Positions 12,835-26,061 of a DNA stretch of 64,000 nucleotides are shown here, in pieces (the first letter of the stretch is position 1; the number at the start of each line of letters is the position of its first letter). Made by a program: the position numbers and the translations under genes. This stretch comes from Azolla caroliniana. Lineage: Eukaryota; Plantae; Polypodiophyta. The stretch lies in assembly GCA_043228905.1 (NCBI GenBank), contig JBHGNT010000012.1, forward strand, positions 5,270,001-5,334,000, written 5' to 3'. The notes under the pieces were generated by a model. That model did not search any database. It was not told the DNA's origin and saw nothing but the letters and a program-made list of their open reading frames with translations.

Positions 12835-15800
12835 CAATACCATTTGGTTAAGTGTATGCCCACTTAAGTGTGTCATTCTATTAAGTGCACATTTTATAGA
12901 TGTTAAAATCCAGATCAAAAAAATATATTGTTGCATGATGAAATTACATCAAGGTGATGCCTAGGGCATTTCATGATCATTTCTATATGTATATGATATG
13001 TGCACATCAAATTCTACCACTACATGGCAAAGTTTGCATATACACTCTTAGATACTCCAACTACACGATTGATCTCAGTTACTAAATGATGTGAAGAAAA
13101 TCAAAGTTGGCAAATCACTATTTGTATGTATTTTTGTTGTATGTAGTGGTTGTATAGTGAGGTTGCTCAGTAAAGGCCTAGCCTGAGATGTTAAAAAAAT
13201 GCTCTTTTCCATCTCTGAAGTCTTTCTCTGTTCTAGCTTCTCTCTTCTAAGTTCTCTCTAATCTATGTGTAAAGAAAAATGGCTTCTTTCTTCTTCTTCT
13301 TCTCTAATTATTCTCTTTCTACATATAATAGAAATTAATGGCTTCAAAATCTTTCGTTTGAAGATTCACTAATCTTTATTAAACATTTCTTCTTCTTCTT
13401 TCTTCTCTTCCTTTGAGGTAATTCCTATGAGTTGTTGTTTAGTGGAGTTGTTGAGAGATCAAGCTCAACTTAGTTTAGTTAGTCAACCATGTAACTTTGT
13501 AGTTACCTAGATAGAATCTAGTTAGAAGTGTTGACTATAACGCCTTAAATAGGACTTTGTACTTAAGTGGGATATTCTAGATCCTCTACTCCTAAGTACA
13601 TTTAATATAAGACTTACACCTTAGTACATATATTCCACTCACACATGTGCACCTTTGCACATGAGATGTATATATATACCTCATTGTGGGTATTTTTGTA
13701 TTTGATGTTGTTGAAGCTAATTTAATATACTTACTCATCCCCCATCTCTCTCTCTCTCTCTCTCTTCCTCTCACACACATACACACACATATCACATAAT
13801 CTTTCGCTTAACTTAATCACATAATTAGGCATTAATTAACCCATACTTAATTACTTACCTAATTCTTAACATGGTATCAAAGCGTGTGGTTTAGAAAATC
13901 CACTCAGCCCACCCGACTCCATGATTGTGTGTTCGAGACGCCGACGACAAAATCCGGCTATCGGCTACACTGTAGTGCCGCTACGTAGCACGTGTACATG
14001 ATCGAAGGAAGAAAAGCAAAAGAAGAGAAGATACTACAATCAACATGAATACACAAATGGGTACCTCACTCCCTAGTGAAAAGCTAGACCGGAGCAATTA
14101 TTCATCTTGGGAGTACAAGATGACCCAATACCTCGTTGGCCAAGGGTATTGGAGCTACATCAACAACTCTCAAGAAAATCGACCTAACTCAAAGAACGCC
14201 GACTACGCAACATGGGAGCAAGCGGCAAGTCGAGTCATGTATTGCTTGGCAACATGTGTCCACGACCACATGCTTAGCCATATTCGAGACGCCAAGACGC
14301 CTAAAGAAGCGTGGGTGAACTTAAAGAAAATGTTCGCCGCCAACACGACCGCCCGAAAGCTTCAACTCTGACAAGAGTTGAACAACATTCGGCAAAAAGA
14401 CATGTCCATGTCGGACTACACCGCCAAGATCAAGAGCATTTGTGACTTGCTTGGCTCCATCAAAATAAACATCGACGAAGACGAGATGGTTCAAGTATGC
14501 TTGGGCGGCCTCACACAACGATTTGATCCATTACGGACGACAATCTTGGCGAGAGGAAACCCTCCTTCATTCTTTGACCTCCAATCAATGCTATTGGTCG
14601 AAGAGAACCACGCCCGAACCAAAAGCAAGATGTCGGAAGGACAAATGTTCTTCTCGAATTCGGACGGTGTCCGAGGAGGAGGGCACGACGGTAGAAGAGG
14701 TCAATTCGACCCATCACACGAAGGGAACTCAAACCTTCACAGAAGCCATCGAGGAACCTTCGGAAGAAGCGGGAGCTTCCACACCAAACATGGTCGACAA
14801 ACGAGGCCCACAACTTGCAACTATTGCGGCAAAATTGGCCACCGTGAGGAGGAATGCTGAAAAAGAAGAAGTGAGTTGGCTTCCACAAGTTGACAACACA
14901 CGAATTACGTCGTCAACTCCGAATACGATGATTATGGCGGACTATTCGTAATGAGGCATAGAGAGATCTCTATGTCGGCCTCCAACTCCGCAAGCACCTC
15001 CAACTTGGAAGACATGTGGTTCGTCGACTCCGGCGCCTCACATCACATGACATCTCATGAAGAGTGGTTTCGTTATTTACGAACGCTGGATCGATCCGGC
15101 TTCATAGAGACGGGAGACGACACCACCCACCCCATACGACACATCGGCAATGTCCCATTCGGGAAATAAGGCGAGCAAACTTGCATCAAGAATATATTGC
15201 ACGTGCCCACAATAACGAAGAATTTGGTCTCGGTCGGCCAAATCGTGGAGCAAGGCATCCAAGTCGGCTTTAACAACGAAGGTTGTTTCATTGAGAAAGA
15301 TGGCTGACACATAGCTAAGGGGCGGAGAGACGGCCGAATGTTCATCCTCGATTCAAACAAGGTGAAATCGGCAATGTACGCTAAAAGTCTCAAAACCGAG
15401 ACAAGCATCGAGTTGTGGCACAAGAGAATCGGCCACATAAACCTCCAACGGCTTCGAGCTATGCAAACAAAGGGAGTCGTCATCGGACTTTCGACATTCG
15501 AGTCGAAACGAGTTGACCAAGTATGCGAAGCGTGTCAACTCGGCAAACAACATCAACTCCCATTCCAGAAGGAGAGCCACGCAAGCAAAGGGCTCCTTGA
15601 CATCATACACTCGGATGTATGGGGACCGGCTCAAATGCCGACGATCGGCGGGTGCTGATACTACATAACATTCATCGATGACTACTCGCGCTACGTGTGG
15701 ATCTACCCGATGAAGAAGAAGAGTGAAGTGTTCTCCCACTTCCAAAAGCTCAAGGGGCAAGTTGAAAAAGAAATCGGTCGGCACATTCGATGCCTACGAT

Positions 15801-17898
15801 CGGATGGAGGCAAGGAGTACTTCTCCGATGAATTCACCTCCTACCTCCAAAGTGAAGGCATTCGGAGAGAATTCTCGTGCTGACACACACCCCAACAAAA
15901 TGGAGTCGCCGAAAGGAAATATCAGCGAATACTCGAGGTGGCACACACCATGATGCATGAGAAGCACATGCCGAACCTCTATTGGGCCGAAGCGGTATCC
16001 ATGACCGTCTATCTCATAAATCGATGCACCAATGATGGAGTGCATGAGCTAACTCCCTACGAGCTCCTCGTCGGAAGGAAGTCGATCCTGTCGCACCTCA
16101 AGGTGTTTGGAAGCATTGCGAATGCACACATCCCGAACGAAAGCTGACAGAAGCCCGACGCGAAGTAGGAGGAATGTATCCTCATAGGATACTCGTCTGA
16201 GAAGAAGGCATACAAGTGCTGCAACCCTTCTACCTGAGCGGTTCGGGTAAGTCGAGACGTAGTCTTTGACGAGTCCGCATCGTGGTACGCACTAGAGACA
16301 ACTTCAACTCTGACTTCGCTCGACCCGGAATCCGCCGAACAAGAGGTAGAAGATGGAGATCGCTTCGAACACATGTTCGAAGAAAGTATGATTACAGCAA
16401 GGCCTAGTGGGCCACAAGAGCCCCCACGCGACCCAAGCACGTTGCGGCCAAGTACGAACTTGGACAAAGGCAAAGGTAAGATGCCCGAATACGAAGTCAA
16501 CCACCCCGACGACAATGATTTGGATGGATCGGCTCCCTCACTAGATAGTTAGTTTGGTGTACCCATCATGTGTACACCCAGAGTAAAGAAGGCGCTCACA
16601 TCGGCGAGCGAAAAACTTCAACGCTCTTCTAGAGAGAAGAATCTTGTCACTTGGCTCGGCTACAACGAGTATATGGCCTATCATTACGCCTTCGCGATGA
16701 AGGTAGCGGCCGAACAAGCTCTATAGAAGTAGCTTGTAACCCGCGATGGGTGAAAGCAGTCGGCCAATTTCGCACGACAAGCCTTCATCACAGGCTTGAG
16801 GGGGAGGAATCGAAACGGCCACAAAGAAGTCGACGCCGAAAGAAACAATATTGGCCATCCAAAGCCGAAACCGATTCAACCGAATCGAAGATCCGAACGT
16901 AGAAAGCCAAAGCGGACATCGGATGCCCCATACTTGAGCTTGAGGGGGCGTGTTGAGAGATCAAGCTCAACTTAGTTTAGTTAGGTAGTCAACCATGTAA
17001 CTTCGTAGTTACCTAGATAGAATCTAGTTAAAGTGTTGACTATAACGCCTTAAATAGGACCTTGTACTTAAGTGGGATATTCTAAATCCTCCACTCCTAA
17101 GTACATTTAATATAGGACTTACACCTTAGTACATATATTCCACTCACACATGTGCACCTTTGCACATGAGATGTATATATACCTCATTGTGGGTATTGTA
17201 TTTGATGATGTTGAAGCTAATTTAATATACTTACTCATCCCCCATCTTGTGTTGTTCATAAGTGTATCTCTCTCTCTCTCTCTCTCTTCCTCTCACACAC
17301 ATACACACACATATCACATAATCTTCCGTTTAACTTAATCACATAATTAGGCACTAATTAACCCATACTTAATTACTTACCTAATTCTTAACAAGAGTTT
17401 TATAAAAGTTTTACCATACAAGATCCTAACATAATTGCTTGATGGTGGGTTTCTTGATCCAAATATTTTGTCGATTTTCGAGGTAATCCTTGTGTTATTT
17501 CCTACCTTAGTAATGCATGTATCCGTTCTTTGGCCACTAGGTCATTTTAGTATTTCTGAGCCTATGTCATAGATTATGTTTATCTGAAAATTTTGTATCA
17601 TGAAGGTTATTTATTAAACAAGCCTTTTATATACAATTAATTGTTTCTAATTTTACAGAGCTGACTTATCACTTCATCACGGCAAAACCATACACACTTG
17701 ATCTGCAACAAATCTTTGTTTCTACTCAAGAGAATCTCATGGTTGTTGGGGGCTGTGCTTTCTTAAAATTAGAAGAGAGAAAAAATTTCGAGTGAAAAAG
17801 TGCTGAAAAAATTGGGGAAATTTTTTTTTGAGTAAAAAAGCCTTAAGTGCGCACTTCTTCTTTCCATTCAAAGTCCGCACTTAACCGAATGGTTACTG
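12835..17898. mobile_element. Non-autonomous pogo-like element related to 4639-7495, interrupted by a Copia
   Basis: Ends are TA|CAATACCATTTGGTTAAGTG and CGCACTTAACCGAATGGTTACTG|TA. The subterminal 17770-17898 resembles 7375-7495. No transposase coding sequence is seen. Confidence 0.75.
13449..17393 (+). mobile_element. Ty1/Copia LTR retrotransposon A, with RT/RNase H deleted and multiple stops
   Basis: LTRs 13449-13871 and 16951-17393 (TG..CA). PBS TGGTATCAAAGC at 13872 (tRNA-iMet type). PPT TGAGGGGGCG at 16941. TSD GGAGT/AGAGT. Gag (CNYCGKIGHREEEC), protease (WFVDSGAS) and integrase (LWHKRIGH, HSDVWGP) fragments are present. Confidence 0.95.
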
Positions 17899-17939
17899 TA
17901 TTCAACCTATAGAGATATTGGCACTACAAAGAGTATATA

Positions 17940-18700
17940 GATAAATTAAAAAAGTCAAGAATATGTCAAATAATAGATTACCACATCTTGCTTGGAATGT
18001 TGGATGTAAACTACAAAAGAATCACAAGAGCAAATTTCTCTCATTCGGTTGGGTAGTTGACATAAAAAAATGGTTCAAAAGATGGGATATGGAAGATCTC
18101 TTAGAGCTTTCAAGTGATGTTATGAAATAGGTAGTTATTGAGAAAAGAGTAATGGAACCACTAAGGAAGAAGTGGGAAGATGCTAAAAGAACAAAATTAG
18201 AATATTACATTGCAAATATCAATCATGAATATTGTGTTCTATGTAAGGCAAGATGGCCTATTTATCATATTCAATATTATCTCATTACTAACATGAGTAT
18301 TTTAACTCTTGTAGAGTCCTAACACTCCTTCATGCCCGATCACATTGACACAACCTAAGTATTGAAGTTGCATTATGGCATCAAAATTAGTCAAATATAA
18401 AGGCATGTAAGACATACAAGGAAGGGCTAGTAGAGGATGAGTATCACTTGTTTTTTACATGCTTTGCATGTGGTGCAATTTGTCAAAGTTATGATGATAT
18501 ATATTAAGATGGGGTGATGACTTGAGTGACACACTAAAGAGAACACCTAGAAGGTTGAGTTCATGCCTTATTTACACATCAAGGCTTTGTGTTTCAAAGT
18601 ATGGATATCCCTTCTTAGGAAGGAAACACACATGAAGAAAACTTTTGTACTTACGCCCCATGGGTCAATATTGACCTCTTTATGAACGCTAAAATATATA
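17940..18700 (+). mobile_element. Decayed 3' fragment of an RTEX-like non-LTR retroelement
   Basis: Colinear similarity to 34500-35250 (aaaagtcaagaatatg...attaccacatcttgcttggaatgttggatgtaa; gtagaggatgagtatcacttg). Confidence 0.7.
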
Positions 18701-18973
18701 TTATATAATCACATAAATAGTAATTATTAATTACAAAAATTGAATCACAATCGATGTAATATAATATCCTAACAACTCACCACAAAATCATCTCTAGATA
18801 CATCATTATGGATTGATATAATCCAATGTGATAAAGGCCAATTTAAATGATAGATATGATACCTTGCCAACTTATAAACACTTAATTACTCTTAAGTCAA
18901 CCTCCCTAAAGTCTCCAACAAGGAGAATTATCATGCCAATATCCTTTTTTCTTGTTGAATGTGTCTTTGAGCC

Positions 18974-19240
18974 CTATACTAAACATAAAAATAAAGGCAT
19001 TTTGCATATGTCAATGATACAATAATCTCGAGTTCCATGGCATATGTAGTCTCTAAAAGTTTCCTTCACTTCTTGCTTAAGGGAGAATAATTGGTTGATT
19101 GGGTTCCATTTGTTCCCTCGTCGAGCAAAGTTGATTAGGAAGTCCTCAATGATGTAATTGAAATCAGTCACGAGGTCTTCGGCGAGGGTCCGAAACCATA
19201 TGTTGGCTTGGTTATCAAGCATGAGACCAAATATTGCCAC
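18974..19240 (-). pseudogene. Ty3/Gypsy-type gag fragment
   Basis: ANIWFRTL...FLINF...LFSLKQEVKETFRDYI matches the retrotransposon gag pattern. Confidence 0.65.
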
Positions 19241-20125
19241 CTTCTGGCTTCCAGGATTGGTTCATATGCTCAATTTACTTGCTTGAATGGTTTGACATCC
19301 CAGAATACGAGGAAACAATGCACCAGCCTTGTAATTGTGACGCTTTTTCCACAATCGTTCATTGGGCATCTTTGGCCTTTGGTTGTATGTCTCTCTCCTT
19401 CCATCAACGAAACTAGAGATCGTATTGATTATATGGCAACATCCAGTGAGGAGTGAGGACGTTTATTGAGATTGGGTTTGCCTTTTGATGATTATCGTGT
19501 ACTCCCGAAAGTGATGGTTCTTGGGCTTGTCTACTACAAAGTTTACCACTCATTGCGAAAGAGAGAGGGTTGGACTCTAAACCGTGTTGAGAGGGGGCTC
19601 GTTCGTGTTGATTTTGTATTGTGGCTTAAAAGAGCGTGAGTCTCTATTGTGTTTTGGAATATGCGATCTTTCATTTAGAAAGTGTTGTCCCAATGTCGCG
19701 TATGAGGGATGAGGGTTGGCCACATTTGGTTAAGTATAATGACATCCACAACTCAATTTCTTGTTTTATGGTGTATCCACAACTCAATTTCTTGCATTGT
19801 ATCTTCATAATGCCAATCAAGGCTCTATCGATCCATGGGGACACCCACTTGTTGAGATGTGATTTTGGGAGGTGTGTTCATTGGGGGGCTAGGGGTTAAA
19901 TTGATATTTTGGCATATGTTTGGTTTCAACTAGCCTCCATAATACTTTGAGGGGTTAGAGGATTTGGCTTCAACATTTGTGTTAGCTCGAGCCATTTTAG
20001 TTGTGGGTGAGGGGTGCGAAATTTGATGAAATCAGCCCAATTTTAGTTGGTTCCAGCCATTTTACTTTTGGTTATATTTATATCCATTTTTCTCTTATAT
20101 GCACGTTTTTCTTTTTAGGAGAGGA

Positions 20126-20510
20126 GGACTCAAAGGGTGGGAGGGTGAGAGGGATGTGAAGGTTGGGAGGGACTCTCGAAGGTTGGGAGAGACTTGAAGG
20201 GTGTGAGGACCTCGAAGGTTGGGAAGGACTCGAAGGGTGGGAGGGACACGAAGGTTAGGAGGGACTCAAAGATCGGGTGAGACTCGAAGGTTGGGAGGTA
20301 CTCGAAGGGTGGCAGGACCTTGAAGGTTGGGTGGAACTCCAAGGATAGCAGGGACTTCAAAGGGGAAGAGAACTCGAAGGTTGGGAGAGACTCCAAGGGT
20401 GGGAGGGACTTGAAGGTTGGGGGCAATGCGAAAGCTCGAGATGACTTGAAAACATGAGATGACTCGAAGGCTCAGGATGACTCGACGGCTTAGGATGACT
20501 CAAAAGCTCA
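20126..20510. repeat. 18-bp minisatellite (GACTCGAAGGTTGGGAGG variants), about 20 copies
   Basis: The 18-nt periodicity is directly visible and gives the 6-aa repeat (PTFESL) in ORF 20130-20426. Confidence 0.9.
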
Positions 20511-21162
20511 TGAGGTCTTGTGACCATTACAACTTTGAGGTTTTTGGTGGCAAAATTTTGAAATTTGCATCCATCAAGGGAAAGTGGGGCAAAAGTTAGG
20601 TTCAGGTTTTGGGTATTTAGGGTATTTGATTAGCACTAACCACACTTTCTTTCTCATAATTGAAAAGCTAAACGGAGTCCTTTAGAAGAACTTAGTGAAA
20701 CAAAATGATTAGCATGTGAACATCCGGGCAATTAAAGGGGCGGAAAAGAAAAACAGGGGTAAGTAGAAAATGGGTTAGAACAACTAATTTAACTTAGCAA
20801 ATAAAACCAAAATCGTGAACGCCTCTCTTTCGTAGCATTTTATGTGTTAAGTGGCTTGCCTCACAAGCTTACATAAAGCTATGCGATAGTTTCAGCTGTT
20901 GATAGATTCCTTGGAAATGGTGCCATATAGATGTGTTGTTTCCATGTGCCTCATGGAAGCACCTCTATGAATCAATGGAGTTTTACCTTTAATCGATGTC
21001 GTTAGCTTTGGTTTGGAACGACGTGGTCCCTATTGGTGGTGAACTTGGCAAAAGTGGCTATCAAACACCTCCAAGCTACTAATTCACGTAGCTTTGAGGA
21101 TTAGTTACTTAATCCCTCTCTCTCTCTGGATACTTGTTTTGTAGCCTGTGTAGTAGGTGTCA

Positions 21163-21460
21163 TAGACATATGCCACGGAGGAAGGTAGGGATTGAACCCA
21201 AGACCTGATGGTCTCTATTGGGCAACCCTATCAATTGAGTTACATATGTATCTCTCTCTCTCTCGTAATTAGCTTACCCTAGTGCTAGGTTGTTAACACT
21301 ACAAGCACTGCGTCTTGGGTTCGAAACCCACTTTTCTCACTTCTCTTTATTATATACTTCGTATATATCTCTTAATTCACTAGATGCCACTATGGAATGT
21401 AGGGGTTGAACCCATGACCACCTGGTCTCCATTGGGCAACCTTACCAACTAAGCTACATC
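21163..21460. mobile_element. tRNA-derived SINE-like repeats: a partial copy at 21163-21245 and double-headed copy 2 at 21265-21460
   Basis: Minus strand GATGTAGCTTAGTTGGTAAGG...GGGTTCAACCCC (A- and B-box-like). Plus strand B-box GGGTTCGAAACCC near 21317. Flanked by (CT)n and (CA)n. Confidence 0.65.
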
Positions 21461-22032
21461 CACACACACACACACACACACAAGAAGGTGAAGACAAAGA
21501 AGGTAATTTATTATTAACTACACTCCTTGATACAAAGAGATTTAGCACTCCTTTTCCTATGGCTAGTTGAGGTCTTTGTCCTTCATTGGTACTGTGTTCT
21601 CCACGACGACGTGCTAGGTGTTGGATACTTAACCACCTATATCCTAGTTTTGAAGGTAGCAATAGAGATGTGGGAGGACACAAAGTATGGATGTCATGAA
21701 CTTGCAGTGGATATAACTAATGAGTTACATCATCATGTATCAAGGTGGAACTAAGATAACACCGACCATAGACATGACCTCTGTAGATAGTTGTTTTAAC
21801 ACCACATGTGATTTATGAGGCCACATTTGTTGACTCCATTGTAATTCTAGACAATATCATGCCAGTTGTAGAGCCATCATCCTCACCTCTGATTATACAA
21901 CTCAATGACTTCACATTGATGGCAACTAAAGTTATAAAAAATGTAGTAATTCAATTAAACACTAGTTATGAGATTCACTCTCTCCCTTGCTTTGATCAAG
22001 TTGTAATTCTTTCTTTCTTTCGCACTAGTTAT

Positions 22033-22076
22033 GAGAGTGAGTCTCAGAGAGAAATCAAGAAAGAAGTAGAAGCAAG

Positions 22077-22133
<57 letters not shown>

Positions 22134-22270
22134 TTCTAAGGTTAAAAGGACTTCTTTTGTGGCAATTGAAAGTGCTAGAGAAGTCACGAAATTTCAACCA
22201 TAAAGAGAGAGAACTCTGTAATGTCACTTGCTTCTACTTCTTTCTTGATTTCTCTTTGAGACTCACTCTC
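22033..22270. repeat. 46-bp inverted repeat enclosing (GA)n
   Basis: 22033-22078 is the reverse complement of 22225-22270 with one mismatch. Confidence 0.9.
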
Positions 22271-25200
22271 TGAGGCAAAAGTGTATTGATTCTACAGAAC
22301 ATGACAAAACATCATATGCCGCTATTCTTGGTGGGAAAGATGTTATTGGAGATGATTATAATATTGACAGTCATTGTGATTTTGTTAAGGCTTTGCTTTC
22401 CGATTTTATGGAAAAAAATGAGAAAGATGCTAAAGATTGTGTGGAGGAGGATGTTGTAGAGGTGGTGATGGAGACCAAGTCTATGTTAGCAACTTTTGAC
22501 AGGTTCTATGATCGTGGTGTTATTTTGTATTTCACTAGCAAACTTCCTTTGGTATCATGGGTTAAGCAATGGTTGAATTCATTCATAATGCCTAATTGTG
22601 TTGAGGATGTCTATGTGGGTCCAAGAGGTTTCTATGATGTGGTTTTTCAATCGTCAGAACATCGTATGACTTTGATGGCAAAGGTACTGATCTTTTTTTA
22701 TAGAAGATTAGTGCATGTGATGGAATGGGTTCCGTGGTGGATTATAAAGATTTATTAAAACAACAATGTTCAATTTGGGCGACCTGTTGAGAATCAAGCT
22801 CAACTTGGTCTAGTGTGTGAACTCACCTTGAGAGTGAAGAGACACTCCAACGGTCAAGAGTCACCATTATGTCACCACTTTGTATTCTAGCATTTAGTAT
22901 GAGTCATAGAATCATATTCTATGACACATAACTTATGAGCTTTCACATTCCCCATGCTCCATGAGTCTTGTAGTTAATGAAGAGAGAGGGTGACTACATA
23001 AAGCACCCTCTTCCCACTTTGTAAAATGTTGAGTCTTTCTCCTTTGTCAATATACTCTTACCTTGCGTATTCTCTGTGTTTCACTCTCTCTCTCTCTCTC
23101 TCTTACACACACACATAACTCACATCTCTTCCGCTTCACAAGAATCCATCTCTTGATTCTTTACATGGTATCAAAGCGATTTGGTAGCTCAATCTAGCCC
23201 ATTCGCCTCATCGTGATCGTGTGTTGTGCTCCACGGCGGCGGCCTCGCACCACGGTTCGGCGCGATGCGAACCGCCGTTCTAGCACGGGAGAAATCTCCC
23301 TCCTTCTTCGAGCTCCAATCAATGCTATTGGTCAAAGAAAACCACGTGCGTACAAGGAGCAATGAGTCGGAAGGCCACATGCTCTACACGCACTCTAATG
23401 GAGGAAGAGGACGCGGACGAGCGAGAGGCCGATTCGGCCAAGGACAAGGCGGATGAGGTCCGACCTACGACAACAACTCCCAATTTCGGCCGCAAAACGG
23501 AGGCCAACGAGGAACCTTCGCAAGAAGGGGGAGCTTCCACTCCGGCCCGAGCCGTCAAAACGCAATCGAATGCGGATATTGCGGAAAGCTCGGCCACCAC
23601 GAAGAAGAGTGCCGAAAGAAGATGTGTGAATCGGCTTCTACAAGCTGACAAGTCACGAATTACGCGCACAATTCCGACTACGAAGAGTATAACGGAATGT
23701 ACGCATACAACTCCGACCGTGGCGGAATGTTCATGATGAAACACAGAGCAAACTCTATGTCAGCCTCTACCTCAACTAGTGCCCTCAATCCAGAGGATGT
23801 ATGGTTTGTTGACTCCGGAGCCTCAAACCATATGACATCCCACAAAGAATGGTTTCTCGAACTTCGAGAGCCGGAGCGACCCGGCTATGTCGAAACCGGA
23901 GATGACACTATGCACCCGATTCGGCACATCGGCAATGTTCCGTTCGGCGAAAGAGGTAAGAAAACATACATTAAAAATGACTTGCAAAGAGCGAAGTGTT
24001 CAGACACTTCCAAAAGTTCAAGAATGAAGTCGAGAAAGCCACGGGCCGACATGTACGATGCCTTCGATCGGATGGCGGCAATGAGTACTTCTCGGACGAT
24101 TTCACGGCGTATCTCCGAAAGGAAGGAATTCGGCGAGAATTCACTTGCCGACACACTCCACAACAAAACGGAGTAGCCGAGCACAAAAATCGGCACATCC
24201 TCGAAGTAGCACGGGCCATGATGAACGAGAAGCATATGCCCAAGTCATATTGGGCCGAAGCTGCAAATACGGCCGTCTACCTAATGAACCGGTGCACAAC
24301 ATCCAGCGTGCACGAGGTCACTCCGCACGAAAAATACTTCGGAAAGAAGTCGGACTTATCGCACATCCAGATATTCGGCGCGATAGCGTACATGCACATC
24401 CCCGACGAGAAGCGTCAAAAGCTTGACCCGAAGTCGGAGAAATGTATCCTCGTAGGATACTCATTGGAGCAAAAGGGGTACAAGTGCTACAACCCCTCAA
24501 CTCGAAAATCTCGAGTAAGTCGAGACGTCGTTTTTGACGAGTCCGCATCCTGGTACGCACCAGAGACAACTCCAACTCCGACTCCGCTCGTCCCGGAATC
24601 TGCCGAACAAGAGATCGAGGATGAAGATTGCCCTACACGCATGATCGAAGAAAGTCCGATCACGACCCGACTGAGTGGACCACAAGAGCCTTTGAGCGAT
24701 CAAAGCACATCACGGCCTAGCCCGAAGATGGACAAAGGCAAGGCCAAAATGGTGGAATATGAAGACGATCGCTTCGACAACGATGAATCGACTCACTCAC
24801 TCGATAGTGAGTTCGGCGGCTTCAATGTACCAATCAAAGCTAAGAAAGCCCTCATCTCTGCAAATGAAAAGCTCCGTCGATCCACTCATGAAAAGAACCC
24901 CGTAAGCCAATTCGGCTACAACGATTATATGGCGTATCATTACGCCTTTATGATGAAGGCAGCGACAGTACGGGAGCTGGAAACCTTTTCGGAAGCCGCA
25001 AAGGACCCGCGATGGATCGAAGCAATGAACGAGGAGATGCAAGCACTACGGAAGAACGAGACGTGGGATCTCGTTCCCACCTCACCACACAAAAAGGCGA
25101 TCAGATGCAGATGGATCTACAAGGTGAAGTATAACGCCGATGGCTCTGTAAACCGTTACAAAGGATACGCTCAGACGCATGGCGTTGACTACGAAGAGAC

Positions 25201-26061
25201 CTTTGCCCCAGTGGCAAAGATGACGACGGTGTGGACAGTAATTGCGATTGCCGCGGTGAAAGGGTGGCACCTCCATCAAATGGACGTCAAGAACGCCTTT
25301 CTACAAGGAGAATTAGAAGAGGAGGTGTACATGATCCAACCACCCGGCTTCAACTCGAGCACCCATCCGAAAGCTGTTTGCCGACTCAAGAAACCACTCT
25401 ATGGCCTCAAGCAAGCACCGCATGCTTGGCATTCGAAGATAATGCAATATCTTCATCAAATCGGCTTCCGTATGTCGAAATCGGACAACTCCCTCTACAT
25501 ACGAAGCGATTCCGCAAGTCCAATCATCATCATTTTATATGTGGATGATCTAGTCATTGGAGGTAAGCATCTCGTCGAAATCAATAAAGTCAAATCCCTC
25601 CTTTCCGACAAGTTCGAGATGACGGACATGAAGGAGCTCCACTACTTCCTCGGCATCGAGGTAATTCGGACTCCGGCCGGAATCATGATCTCTCAACGGC
25701 ACTACATCCTCAACTTGTTATACAAGTTCGGGATGGCTGAGTGCAAATCCGTGTCAACCCCGCTTGATCGTAATCTCAAACTAGATGCGAACTCCGGCAC
25801 CAAAGCGTGTGAGCCGACTCAGTATCGGCAACTCATCGGGAGTCTCATCTACCTCATGATCACACGACCCGATATCAGTTATCCGGTCGGTCTCCTTAGC
25901 CAATTCATGCAAACACTGCGTGATACTCACTTGGATTGCGCTAAGCTAGTTCTACGCTACGTGAGTGGCACAATGGATTGCGGCATCCTCTACAAGACCG
26001 CGATGCCAATACGACTCGAGGGATACAGAGACGCCGATTGGGCCGGCTACAAAGCCGATAG

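Noticed and set aside
13150-17680. Possible extra TIR element inside the non-autonomous pogo (gtgaggttgctcagtaaa / tttacagagctgacttatcac)
   Set aside because: The inverted match is too imperfect and no TSD could be established.
21808-22273. ORFs with ERERER or SLSLSL runs, here and at other (GA)n/(CT)n tracts
   Set aside because: These are translations of dinucleotide microsatellites.
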